64,000 bases of DNA, taken from the IMG/VR virus record IMGVR_UViG_3300046542_000259; one strand, written 5' to 3'. A program made the position numbers and the translations under genes. Each line of letters starts with the position of its first letter. The first letter of the stretch is position 1. Source of the DNA: a virus. Lineage: Duplodnaviria; Heunggongvirae; Uroviricota; Caudoviricetes. Below the pieces are notes generated by a model. It had not been told where the DNA came from. It searched no databases and worked only from the letters and a program-made list of their open reading frames with translations. This document shows positions 44,590 to 53,864 of this stretch, one piece after another.

Positions 44590-45155
44590 AACGAGCGAAA
44601 ATCATTGAACCGGAGGATTTGAAGCGGCTTTTTAAGACTATCGACACGGAGCATAACGAGGCTCTAAGAGATAAGGTAACAGTCCTTCTATCCACTAAGG
44701 CCGGTCTCCGCGCCGCTGAGATAGCTGGTCTTCGCTGGCAAGACGTGACACGGGCTAACGGTCAGGTTGGCGACATTATCAATGTCGGTAGTCATATCGC
44801 CAAGGGCGGAAGAGCTAGGCAAGTCCCCCTCAATGATGAGCTTCGTGCCATGCTTGTAAAACTTCGAAAAGATCGTCCCGGCGATGATTATATCCGATAT
44901 GGGGATTACAAGCCAACGATCAGTGCTAACGCGCTGACGGTCTGGTTTCACCGGCTCTACAAGCAAGCCGGTCTGGAAGGCTGCTCCAGCCATAGCGGAC
45001 GACGTACCTTTATCACAGGTCTGGCCCGAATCGCAAACCTCCACGGCGGCTCTCTAAGGGATGCACAGCTACTAGCTGGGCATGCCAATCTTTCCACCAC
45101 GGAACGGTATATCGAGCCTAGTGAGGCATCTCGTGCCATGGTGAACCATGTCTGA
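44580..45155 (+). CDS. Tyrosine recombinase catalytic domain only (integrase-like, truncated or minimal)
   Basis: TKAGLRAAEI (R), HSGRRTF (H..R), LAGHANLSTTERYIE (H...Y) are the catalytic residues. At 191 aa it has no N-terminal core-binding domain. GC is locally higher. Confidence 0.5.
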   Translation: MAVKRAKIIEPEDLKRLFKTIDTEHNEALRDKVTVLLSTKAGLRAAEIAGLRWQDVTRANGQVGDIINVGSHIAKGGRARQVPLNDELRAMLVKLRKDRPGDDYIRYGDYKPTISANALTVWFHRLYKQAGLEGCSSHSGRRTFITGLARIANLHGGSLRDAQLLAGHANLSTTERYIEPSEASRAMVNHV

Positions 45156-45387
45156 TGGTATTGTGACGTTTCACTATGTCGAGAAATTTCAGATCAGTGG
45201 AAGGGGCGAGCTTTATTGTGGGCCTTGCCCCTTTGACGATCCTGATAGAACGGCGTGGCGCGGAAGAAAAATTTTAGTCGATGGCGTTGTCAGGGAAATT
45301 GCTGGCGCAGAAACGTTCATGAAACGGAATGGGCCTAGTGTCGGTGATTCGGTAGGGTTTTTGTTGAAAAGACTGGGAGAAGTTTAA
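45148..45387 (+). CDS. Hypothetical protein
   Basis: Coupled ORF. Confidence 0.3.
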   Translation: MSDGIVTFHYVEKFQISGRGELYCGPCPFDDPDRTAWRGRKILVDGVVREIAGAETFMKRNGPSVGDSVGFLLKRLGEV

Positions 45388-45632
45388 TGGGCGGAACGCT
45401 TCGTACCTCTAACAGAGAATTGCTGATGAGGAACAAATCTTATCTTGAGACAAAACAGGAACAATATCCATATCGATATACGACTAAGAATGGAATTATC
45501 AAAATAGGCCAAGTTGAAGGGCTGGGATTGGATTTTATTAGAGTTCCCTTGCCGGGTAAAAATCAAGTTGTTTGGGGTTTCGAAAATTACGAATCTCTTG
45601 CTGTGTTTAAAGGATTATTATTAAGTGCGTGA
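45387..45632 (+). CDS. Hypothetical protein
   Basis: Coupled ORF. Confidence 0.3.
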   Translation: MGGTLRTSNRELLMRNKSYLETKQEQYPYRYTTKNGIIKIGQVEGLGLDFIRVPLPGKNQVVWGFENYESLAVFKGLLLSA

Positions 45633-46062
45633 TATTATTGTAGACCTAGACGGTACGGTTGCAGACTGCTCTCACCGCCAGCATTACGTGAATACCAAAC
45701 CTTCCAATTGGCAAGCCTTTGAGGCCGGGATTCCTCACGACGCTCCGCACCAGCACGTCATTGATCTAGTCAATACCCTTTATAAAGCGGGATGGACCAT
45801 TATTCTTTGCTCTGGACGTGGGGAACAATCGCGTCGTGATACTGAGTCGTGGCTCAGTCGCCACGGCGTCAATTATCACCGCCTCTATATGAGAGCGGCT
45901 GGGGATTATAGGCGCGACGACATTGTTAAGATGGAATTGCTAGATCAAATCTTGGCCGAAGGATACAATCCTTCGTTTGCCCTAGACGATCGAGATCAAG
46001 TTGTGGTTGCATGGCGTAGTCGAGGTATTCCTTGCTTCCAAGTCGCGCCGGGAGATTTTTGA
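45625..46062 (+). CDS. Polynucleotide 3'-phosphatase (stand-alone HAD domain homologous to the T4 Pnkp C-terminal domain)
   Basis: DLDGT matches the T4 DVDGT motif. The C-terminus FALDDRDQVVVAWRSRGIPCFQVAPGDF* aligns with the T4 Pnkp end [28 protein letters not shown]. GTG start. Confidence 0.75.
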   Translation: MRDIIVDLDGTVADCSHRQHYVNTKPSNWQAFEAGIPHDAPHQHVIDLVNTLYKAGWTIILCSGRGEQSRRDTESWLSRHGVNYHRLYMRAAGDYRRDDIVKMELLDQILAEGYNPSFALDDRDQVVVAWRSRGIPCFQVAPGDF

Positions 46063-46217
46063 TGTATTCAAATAATTATGGTGTCAGAGATATTGGACCA
46101 TGGAATGAGTCTGCTTTCTATAAGTGGTTTATGAAATCTTTGTCGGAAGGAAAATTCGATAAAGATTATGTAAGTCCATGGTGTTTAGTCAGAGATAGAA
46201 GTATTAAAAATGACTGA
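46032..46217 (+). CDS. Hypothetical protein
   Basis: Overlapping ORF. Confidence 0.25.
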   Translation: MLPSRAGRFLMYSNNYGVRDIGPWNESAFYKWFMKSLSEGKFDKDYVSPWCLVRDRSIKND

Positions 46218-46360
46218 AGAAGATATTAGAGTTTTGGAATCAGCGGTTTGGTGGTTAGAAGGTGCGTTGCAGTGTAAGACGTGGATTTGGGACGAGGATC
46301 AAAGAGAAGCCGCGTCTTGGTCTCTCATAGAATCCACCAAAATTTTAGAAAGTTTGAAAT

Positions 46361-46567
46361 ATGAGTCACTGGCGCGATAATCTTGAAGAAGTGATTTGTT
46401 ATAAACCAGATCATTCTTCTCGGTGGCAAACTATTGAATTATGTTACGATAAAAGTGAAAACAGTTATTGTCTCGTGACAGAGATTATGGCTAGTAATGG
46501 CGCGATTCGTCACGTTTCAGATGAATTTGCTACGGCCTTTGTAGCGGAATTTGGGAGCGTAATATGA
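46361..46567 (+). CDS. Hypothetical protein
   Basis: ORF with no recognised motif. Confidence 0.3.
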   Translation: MSHWRDNLEEVICYKPDHSSRWQTIELCYDKSENSYCLVTEIMASNGAIRHVSDEFATAFVAEFGSVI

Positions 46568-46950
46568 AAATGTACATCGCTGTATTAGATGCCGTGAATG
46601 ACTTCATGGTTCCGACTCTCGTTGCCCATAGTGTTTTAGGCGCTCATCTGGCGTTCGAGAAAAATCCTCGGTATCAAGCTTGGCTACATCTATCATTCAA
46701 AAAATGTACTGTTAGGGTTAATGAGCGAGAATTCGAAAAGATCGCCGCATTGGATCACACTAACCTTAAATCGCCACTAGGGATTTCAATTATTAAGCAC
46801 CACGTCTATCTAGGCCACGAAAATACGACATTAGATGGCCGCAAGAGTTGCGCCATCCTATTACCGGTCCCCGATGAAGATAATCCTAACGTGTTAAAGT
46901 TTGCGAAATTGTGGAAGCCTAAATATGAAGAAACCACTATTACCGAGTGA
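46564..46950 (+). CDS. Hypothetical protein
   Basis: Coupled ORF. Confidence 0.35.
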   Translation: MKMYIAVLDAVNDFMVPTLVAHSVLGAHLAFEKNPRYQAWLHLSFKKCTVRVNEREFEKIAALDHTNLKSPLGISIIKHHVYLGHENTTLDGRKSCAILLPVPDEDNPNVLKFAKLWKPKYEETTITE

Positions 46951-47134
46951 CAAATATTATACCTTAATCCCAAAGACTCCTATTAAAATTGGATGTTTTA
47001 TTTGGTCTAGTTATTCGTATGTTAAAGATGGTGAGGAAATTATCACTTATTGGATTAATATTGAGGACCAAACCAAGCAAATGACTGAAGAAGAATTATT
47101 TTCTTTGTACAACGTTGAAAGTATAGCTAAATGA
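46901..47134 (+). CDS. Hypothetical protein
   Basis: ORF. The start may be ATG 46928. Confidence 0.3.
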   Translation: MRNCGSLNMKKPLLPSDKYYTLIPKTPIKIGCFIWSSYSYVKDGEEIITYWINIEDQTKQMTEEELFSLYNVESIAK

Positions 47135-47481
47135 TTGACCTTGACCCACCGCCTTACCAATCAACGGAACGGGATGATTTGATCGCCGCGTTTCGGGCTT
47201 GGTTAGACGATTATTACTATGGCGAAATTTACGCCTATAATGAGTTGGCCCACAAATACGGAGAGCCAAAACGAGATTATGGCGAGACAGAAAAACATGT
47301 CGCAAATCTCCTCCATAATCTGATGTACAAGGATTTTTTGTCCACCTCTCATTGTGGCGATTGTACCGCTGTGCCTGCGTCATGCGCCCGTTGCATCGCT
47401 GAAGATGTCTATTGTATTCCTTCAACCGTGACATGGAACAAGCACGAGGGCTGGGCCGCGTTTAATAGGCAAGAAAAATAA
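47131..47481 (+). CDS. Hypothetical protein with a Cys cluster
   Basis: HCGDCTAVPASCARC. Confidence 0.3.
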   Translation: MIDLDPPPYQSTERDDLIAAFRAWLDDYYYGEIYAYNELAHKYGEPKRDYGETEKHVANLLHNLMYKDFLSTSHCGDCTAVPASCARCIAEDVYCIPSTVTWNKHEGWAAFNRQEK

Positions 47482-47495
47482 AAGAAAGAAATATT

Positions 47496-48026
47496 TTGGG
47501 TAAACGATCAGACTTCGTTCGTGTCGAGCGAGATTATTATAAAACATTTGATCCTAAAGCAATTCAATCGTTAAAGAATTATATCGAGCCGGGAAAGTCA
47601 TTTGTAGAGCCTTGTGCCGGGGATAGTACCTTGACAAAGCAATTAGTTGAGGTTATGGGTCTCGTTTGTGTCGGAGAATATGACATTGAACCAGAAAATC
47701 ATTCAGTGCTTAAATTGAATGCCTTGACAATTGAAGAAAAGCATGTCATAGATGCAGACCTAATCGTAACAAATCCACCTTGGAACAGAAATTTACTCCA
47801 TCCAATGATCGAAAGATTTGCCACCCTCCGTCCAACATGGCTGTTATTTGATGCGGGATGGGCCTTTACACGTCAGGCCAGACCCTATCTCAAATATTGC
47901 GTCGAAATCGTCAACATCGGGAGATTGAAGTGGATACCTGATACAACTATGTCGGGTAAGGATGATTGTGTTTGGTATCATTTTGATATTAAACATACTG
48001 GACCAACTCTATACCATCCGGTTTAA
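47496..48026 (+). CDS. Small SAM-dependent N6-adenine (amino-)methyltransferase-like protein
   Basis: Motif I-like EPCAGDSTL and motif IV LIVTNPPW (NPPW). 176 aa. TTG start. Confidence 0.4.
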   Translation: MGKRSDFVRVERDYYKTFDPKAIQSLKNYIEPGKSFVEPCAGDSTLTKQLVEVMGLVCVGEYDIEPENHSVLKLNALTIEEKHVIDADLIVTNPPWNRNLLHPMIERFATLRPTWLLFDAGWAFTRQARPYLKYCVEIVNIGRLKWIPDTTMSGKDDCVWYHFDIKHTGPTLYHPV

Positions 48027-48065
48027 CACAACACTAACTGGTAAATCACTGAAAGGGACTACGAA

Positions 48066-48407
48066 ATGAAGCCACAGGTATATTTTGACAACAAGAATAG
48101 CGAGATCATCAACAAGAGCGTAATGGTTAATCTTCAGATTCCACGCGCCACGAACAATGGCGGTAGGGATATGGATAAGCTTCGGCTCCACGTTTTTGAT
48201 TTCCTCGCCCTTGCGCCGGATGAGACTGATACTTATACCGATACAACGTGGGTCAGGTCTTGGAAAGCGGTCTACAATCATTTGACCGATGCGATTCGCG
48301 ACGTTAAGGATATTGGTGATTATCGCCTAGATGCGAAGCGCCGCGAACTTAGCTCAATCGCTTCAGCCCTCCTCCCGGCCCGCCGCGCCGTTTACTGGCT
48401 CGATTAA
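48066..48407 (+). CDS. Hypothetical protein
   Basis: ORF with no recognised motif. Confidence 0.35.
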   Translation: MKPQVYFDNKNSEIINKSVMVNLQIPRATNNGGRDMDKLRLHVFDFLALAPDETDTYTDTTWVRSWKAVYNHLTDAIRDVKDIGDYRLDAKRRELSSIASALLPARRAVYWLD

Positions 48408-48419
48408 AGGTCCCTTCCC

Positions 48420-48806
48420 TTGAAACCATTCATTCATGCCAAGTCAAGTGCGGCCAAATTTGGCGGTACGCCGGATGATTATATAGCGATTCACGAATAT
48501 TTTGACGAAACTAAATCAAGTCATGCAGATGTTAGACATCGTTGTGTACTACATTCCGCATTTGGTATTTATTTAGTGGCAGATGTGTTCGGTCATCACA
48601 TTGTCAACAGCGACGGGAAGACTGTTTCTGTTAGAGATGTTGGGGAGCAGCACGTCATCGAAGACTTGGGCGTTATTCCAAGCCTATCCGATTGGCTGAA
48701 ACATATGACGATTGAAGATTGGATGGCTGGTCCTCATTATAAACTTAAAAAGAAACCAGTATCAACAGAAACAGCACCTGAAATAAAGAGAGATTATATT
48801 GACTGA
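48420..48806 (+). CDS. Hypothetical protein
   Basis: ORF with no recognised motif. Confidence 0.35.
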   Translation: MKPFIHAKSSAAKFGGTPDDYIAIHEYFDETKSSHADVRHRCVLHSAFGIYLVADVFGHHIVNSDGKTVSVRDVGEQHVIEDLGVIPSLSDWLKHMTIEDWMAGPHYKLKKKPVSTETAPEIKRDYID

Positions 48807-49338
48807 CATTAGCAAACTTTTAGAGAAATTAGACGACAGCAGAAAAGCTTACGCAGAGTTTAAAGCTAAACAAGAAGCAGAAATGTTAGAAGCAGCAAAG
48901 GGGCTTTTCACCGCCGTCTTTGAATCTTTTGATTTCCTTGAAGCAATTGTGTGGACTCAATATACTCCCGGCTTCAGTGACGGAGACCCTTGTACATTTA
49001 GCGTACACGATTTTTACGCCATGAGTGCGGGTTATCTAGAAGATGAAGACATGGAAGGACAATATCTAGAAGAAGTTGAATATGTAATTCCAATTGAACG
49101 TCCCAATTATTCCTATGGCGAAATTGCTAAGGGACGTTCGGATGAATACATTTTAGAAGAAGTTGCAAATTGGGAAAGAGTAGTTGAGGCTTACGGAGAA
49201 GAAAACTTGAAAGCCTTAGCGTCTGTTCTCTCAAGCCTAGCTAGTATCCCCGATAAATTTTATGAATCTTTTGGCGAGGGTCTGGTTGTTGTGAGCCGCG
49301 ATGGCATTGAGGTGCAAGAATACGACTGCGGCTATTAA
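48799..49338 (+). CDS. Hypothetical acidic protein
   Basis: Coupled ORF. Confidence 0.35.
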   Translation: MTDISKLLEKLDDSRKAYAEFKAKQEAEMLEAAKGLFTAVFESFDFLEAIVWTQYTPGFSDGDPCTFSVHDFYAMSAGYLEDEDMEGQYLEEVEYVIPIERPNYSYGEIAKGRSDEYILEEVANWERVVEAYGEENLKALASVLSSLASIPDKFYESFGEGLVVVSRDGIEVQEYDCGY

Positions 49339-49353
49339 TTTAAGGAATAATCA

Positions 49354-50529
49354 GTGAACTACGAATTCCCACGAATCGTGCATATCAGCCAAGTCCTTGA
49401 AGCTATTGAAGGTGATGAAGACCTTTTTTACGTCGTTGAGAAAGAAGGCTATACCGTTATCAACTACAAGTTGCCATGCAATAAAACCTTCCCAGCAGTT
49501 GTAGATCGTAACACCGCGATTCGTCGGGAACTTCGGGGTATTAAATTTGATAATATTACTGGCGAAATTCTGGCTAGACCTTTTCATAAGTTCCACAACT
49601 ATGGCGAGAGAGAAGAAACTTTAGCCGCAAACGTTGATCTTTCTGTTGGTTATGATCGTTTAGAAAAGCTTGACGGCTCGATGGTTCACCCGTTGTTTCT
49701 TAACGGAAATTTCCGATGGAGCACCAAGATGGGTATCACTAACACTTCTATGCAGACCGAAACATGGTTGGCCCGCGATCCTCAGCAAGGGTTGTCACAA
49801 TTTATTAAAGAGTGCTGGAATGAGCGTGATACGCCAATATTCGAATGGTGCAGCCGCCAGAACCGCATCGTTGTGGATCATCCCGTAGATCGCCTAGTCC
49901 TTACCGCTGTTCGTAATAATTATAGCGGCGAGTATTGGCGCTATGAGGCATTAGAAGATTGTGGAAGTTACTTTGACATTGAGGTGGTGGCCATCGATAC
50001 CACCCCAATCAAAGATATGAAATCTTACTCTGAATCGATCTACGAAATTAAGAGTGACACAATCACTGAAGGCGAAGTGCTTCGGTTCCATGACGGTCAT
50101 ATGCTAAAGCTGAAGACGCAAGATTACGTCAATCTTCATCGTACCAAAGATAAGATTCAGAAAGAGCGTAATTTAGTCGCTGTCCTTCTCGCTTCTCAGC
50201 TTGACGATCTTAAGCCTTTCATGCTAAAAGAAGATTTGGCGAAGGCCGAGGCTTATGAAAATCAGTTGAGTCAGAACGTGGCTGATATTTGCGCCTCAAT
50301 CACAAGAGAAGCAAATCAGATTGTATCGTCGGAAATGTCACGTAAGGATTTTGCGTTAAATTCGAAAGCCGATCCATTCGTCCGTCAAATCATTTTCCAG
50401 CTATGGGACAAAAATTTTCCTGTGGATATAATTTCTGACGAAGTGATGAAACGCTTAACCGATGCTTGCGAGCATGAGCAGAAATTCGAACGACTTAAAT
50501 CAGTATTGTTAAAGGGGTGCGTGTGGTGA
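49354..50529 (+). CDS. rnlA: RNA ligase 1 (T4 RnlA-like)
   Basis: RGIKFDNITGEILARPFHKFHNYGE and LEKLDGSMV align with T4 Rnl1 [28 protein letters not shown] and TKEDGSLV (motif I lysine). 391 aa against 374. Confidence 0.75.
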   Translation: MNYEFPRIVHISQVLEAIEGDEDLFYVVEKEGYTVINYKLPCNKTFPAVVDRNTAIRRELRGIKFDNITGEILARPFHKFHNYGEREETLAANVDLSVGYDRLEKLDGSMVHPLFLNGNFRWSTKMGITNTSMQTETWLARDPQQGLSQFIKECWNERDTPIFEWCSRQNRIVVDHPVDRLVLTAVRNNYSGEYWRYEALEDCGSYFDIEVVAIDTTPIKDMKSYSESIYEIKSDTITEGEVLRFHDGHMLKLKTQDYVNLHRTKDKIQKERNLVAVLLASQLDDLKPFMLKEDLAKAEAYENQLSQNVADICASITREANQIVSSEMSRKDFALNSKADPFVRQIIFQLWDKNFPVDIISDEVMKRLTDACEHEQKFERLKSVLLKGCVW

Positions 50530-50759
50530 AAAAGATTTTACTAATCACTTTAATTGCTTTGGGTCTATCTTCGTGCGGTCCAGATGTGGGTAAAAACGTT
50601 TACATCGGGGTAACTGGTGGTCCGTCGATCTTGGGCAAGGTGATGGCCAAGAAAACTGATCTTGCCGTGGTTAGAACATGTAGCGGGGAAGTTTATACTG
50701 TCAATGTTGCTTATCTCATTGAAACTGAAGAAACTTGTGCTAATGCCAATGTCCAATAG
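50517..50759 (+). CDS. Small lipoprotein
   Basis: Signal LLITLIALGLSSC|G. Confidence 0.35.
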   Translation: MRVVKKILLITLIALGLSSCGPDVGKNVYIGVTGGPSILGKVMAKKTDLAVVRTCSGEVYTVNVAYLIETEETCANANVQ

Positions 50760-51390
50760 TTGCGCCCTATGCGATACTTGTGTCTTTTCAGAGCCGCGAT
50801 CAGAGCTATATTATGAAATCCATATCACGGTAAACAATTCTGAAAATTTTGTTTCGGATTGCTATGAATTAGGAATTAAGCCAATCATCATCGATATGGG
50901 TGAGGACGTTCCGGCCCATGTCATGACGAGTGCCACGGTCAAGGGAAATGATCAAATCGCGTTTACCACGGCTAACGGCTTCGCCAACGCGTTCCGTGAT
51001 CGCGGCTATGAAGTTCTCAGGATGAAGATCGAAACCGTTCCTTGGCATCCCTGCGCCTCGCATCCTTCCGATGATCAATACTTTGAAACGCATTTCGCTA
51101 TCAGGAAACAAGGCGACAACTACCTATTGAACGAAATCTTAAAAACTGCCCCATTTCTTCATCGATCAAGAAACTTGTTGAAACGCGGCGGCGATTTGAT
51201 CCAGATGGTAACTTTTCGTCTCAATAAAATCAATTCGACGGAGTTTTTGAGTCGGGTAGAACAAATCACCAATAATTTGGAAGCTGCTGGGCTAAAGCTC
51301 GAAAAAGTCATTACAGAATTCGCTCTGTATGACACAAACGTTAAGATGGATGAAGCATGGCTACGATCAACATCCCGAAACCGGAATTAA
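50746..51390 (+). CDS. Hypothetical protein, weak 2H-phosphoesterase-like first motif
   Basis: The first motif HITV is clear. The second, HFAI, is degenerate. ATG at 50746. Confidence 0.2.
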   Translation, partial: PMSNSCALCDTCVFSEPRSELYYEIHITVNNSENFVSDCYELGIKPIIIDMGEDVPAHVMTSATVKGNDQIAFTTANGFANAFRDRGYEVLRMKIETVPWHPCASHPSDDQYFETHFAIRKQGDNYLLNEILKTAPFLHRSRNLLKRGGDLIQMVTFRLNKINSTEFLSRVEQITNNLEAAGLKLEKVITEFALYDTNVKMDEAWLRSTSRNRN

Positions 51391-51710
51391 AAGGTTTTGT
51401 AATTTACAATCCCGCTAATCAACTCTTTTCAGGCGGCGGCTCAATGCCTAAGTGGAAAAAGAAGCCGAAGATTTGGGCCAACATAGGACACTTGAAAAAT
51501 CATCTCCTTGGCGCTCTGGATCGCGGCTGTCCAAGAGATTATTACTCTTCCCCTGTTAAGAAATATGAAGTCTCCTCAGTTTATTTTGGTTGTGAGGTAT
51601 ATGACATTATCAATGATCAGAAGATTGATTTCGATATCTATGAATATTTTGAAAACCATGTGTTAAGCTCTTACTACGGCAAGAACGGCTATAAACTTAT
51701 TTACGTCTAA
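51357..51710 (+). CDS. Hypothetical protein
   Basis: Overlapping ORF. Confidence 0.3.
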   Translation: MATINIPKPELKGFVIYNPANQLFSGGGSMPKWKKKPKIWANIGHLKNHLLGALDRGCPRDYYSSPVKKYEVSSVYFGCEVYDIINDQKIDFDIYEYFENHVLSSYYGKNGYKLIYV

Positions 51711-51726
51711 AAAGGAAAACTACTTA

Positions 51727-52152
51727 ATGGCTTCGAAACTAGCGGCTAAAATCAATGAAATCAAGGAAATCTATCGCCCCGAAACCGACACGGCGGAAGA
51801 AGTCAATCAGAAACTGGAACAGTTGTATGACGAAATTGTTGTACTGGCTGAGGAATATAGAGCCACGCTTGAAGAAGATGATCCTCTGGCCATCTATCTC
51901 AACTACTTCTTGCGTGATCCCCTCACTATTTTGAACGATATGGAAGAAGAACCTCAGCTTTATGCCACGGTGCCCTTGATTGGCGACCCAATTTTGACCA
52001 AGGCTGGCCAGATCAATCCTATGACTACGGTTAAAATTACTCAATGCACGCCACTCGGTGATGTTGGGATTACTGTAAATCTAAAGGCAGAACGCGGGTT
52101 TGAGACTCGTGTATTTTGGGACAGTCTCATTCGTTACAGGACAAAGCCATGA
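51727..52152 (+). CDS. Hypothetical protein
   Basis: ORF with no recognised motif. Confidence 0.35.
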   Translation: MASKLAAKINEIKEIYRPETDTAEEVNQKLEQLYDEIVVLAEEYRATLEEDDPLAIYLNYFLRDPLTILNDMEEEPQLYATVPLIGDPILTKAGQINPMTTVKITQCTPLGDVGITVNLKAERGFETRVFWDSLIRYRTKP

Positions 52153-52320
52153 AAGCTCCCCCATGTCGGACCATTACACGAAAAACGGCGACCGAAATTG
52201 ATCAATTTGGTTATCCCGTGGATGACGGTAAAGATGTTCCCGGCTGGGAATATACAGAATTAAGGACATATGGGACCACAGATGTAATCCGTGTCCCAAC
52301 AAGATATATTGGAAATTATT

Positions 52321-52842
52321 ATGACAACGAAACCTCTTTTGATAGTTTTGGTTGGCTTCCCGGCGACAGGTAAATCTACGTTCCGAGAAGCTTTGAGGCT
52401 AAGGAACGGTTTTTCTTTCATGGCCATTAGTTCTGATGATTACATTGACCATGAAGCTAGATTACAAGGTAAAACCTACACCGAAGTGTTTGACAAAGCC
52501 GTTGGACCGGCAAACGTAGCGATTGAGGCAGATGCGAAAGCAGCTAAAATGCTTGGCGCGAACGTTGTTTGGGATCAAACTAATTTAACTGTGAAGAAAC
52601 GCAAAATAATCCTTGACAAATTCAAGGATTATGATAAAGTATGCGTATATTTTCCAATTCCTAATGATTGGTACAATCGTTTAGATAAACGGGCTGAAGT
52701 TGAGGGTAAGTTAATTCCCCATAATGTCCTAGGAAGTATGCAAGATTGTTTTGAATCTCCACGATTATCTGAGGGATTCTCATGGATTCATACTCCGGAA
52801 TCTTTCCTTAAGTATTTCGAAAATTTAATGGTAAGTAATTGA
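52321..52842 (+). CDS. Polynucleotide 5'-kinase (homologous to the T4 Pnkp N-terminal kinase domain)
   Basis: P-loop LVGFPATGKSTF aligns with T4 TIGCPGSGKSTW. WDQTNLTVKKRKIILDKF and IPHNVLGSMQ align with ISDTNLNPERRLAWETF and IPIDVLRSMY. ATG at 52321 within ORF 52291. Confidence 0.7.
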   Translation: MTTKPLLIVLVGFPATGKSTFREALRLRNGFSFMAISSDDYIDHEARLQGKTYTEVFDKAVGPANVAIEADAKAAKMLGANVVWDQTNLTVKKRKIILDKFKDYDKVCVYFPIPNDWYNRLDKRAEVEGKLIPHNVLGSMQDCFESPRLSEGFSWIHTPESFLKYFENLMVSN

Positions 52843-52843
52843 A

Positions 52844-53371
52844 ATGGCAAATGTATTTTTCACTGGATGTACCCATCTCGGCCATTTAAAAATCCTTACT
52901 CTTGGCCATGGGAGACCCTTTTCTTCCTTGAAAGAGCATGATGAAACTCTGATCAAAAATTGGAACGCCAGAGTAACTACTTCTGACGTAGTATTTCATC
53001 TAGGAGATTTCAACTATAAGTCATCAGTCGATGCGGATTTCTATCTTAAACAATTAAATGGCAAAAAATTCCTCATCATTGGAAATCATGACCATCAGAA
53101 AACTATTACAGCCGATGGTTGGGAAGATACATTCCTCTATCAGGAGATTGAATTAAATAACGAAAAAATCACACTCTGCCATTACCCAATCGCGGAATGG
53201 AACGGGTATTTTAGAGGAGCATGGATGTTGCACAGTCACGTTCATGGGAACGTGACTAAACAAGTACCAATTGTTAAAAACCGAGTGGATGTAGGTGTAG
53301 ACAACTTTAATTTTGCCCCAGCTACGTTCGAAGAAATCAAAAATTATAACAAAATGAAAATCGGAGAATAA
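52844..53371 (+). CDS. Calcineurin-like metallophosphoesterase
   Basis: FTGCTHLGH, LGDFNY and IIGNHDHQ. It directly follows the kinase gene. Confidence 0.5.
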   Translation: MANVFFTGCTHLGHLKILTLGHGRPFSSLKEHDETLIKNWNARVTTSDVVFHLGDFNYKSSVDADFYLKQLNGKKFLIIGNHDHQKTITADGWEDTFLYQEIELNNEKITLCHYPIAEWNGYFRGAWMLHSHVHGNVTKQVPIVKNRVDVGVDNFNFAPATFEEIKNYNKMKIGE

Positions 53372-53372
53372 T

Positions 53373-53864
53373 TTGACTACCATTGTATTTCGTGACGGGA
53401 TTCTTGCGTCTGATTCAAAAATGAGTTTTGGCGGTGTTTATGCGGGGAATTTTAAAAAAGTATTTAAAGTCACAATGGAAGAGAGTCAAAGTTTAGTTGA
53501 TAGACTACTTCATAAACCAATTGAACGAAAAGAATATCTAGTAGGCGCGGCAGGATCAGTCCCAGATATTCAAGAATATTTAGATTATATTTTTGAAGGT
53601 GGCCGCGAACCAAACAACGATTTAGAATGCTCAATCTTAACGATTGAAAAGACTGAAGACGGCGGGTACGATATTCAATATTATGGAGGCGGTGCCAGAC
53701 TATCGCATAACATCGGCGGTGATTATTACGCCATGGGCTCCGGCGCTGATATTGCTTATGGAGCGTTGTATCACGGAGCTTCGGCGGAACAAGCTGTTCG
53801 TGCCGCGATTCATCACGACAATGGCAGCGGCGGTGCGGTTCAGATCGTGAGCTTTGAAGACTAA
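53373..53864 (+). CDS. HslV/ClpQ-like N-terminal-threonine (Ntn) peptidase homologue
   Basis: The N-terminus [30 protein letters not shown] aligns with E. coli HslV [47 protein letters not shown] aligns with AIGSGGPYAQAA. TTG start with a GGAGA RBS. Confidence 0.55.
   Translation: [163 protein letters not shown]

Noticed and set aside
44580-45155. Integrase as evidence of a prophage or temperate lifestyle
   Set aside because: Only the catalytic core is present, with no attachment-site repeats or flanking tRNA. The surrounding gene content (rII, rnl, pnk, seg-like endonucleases) is typical of virulent T4-like phages.
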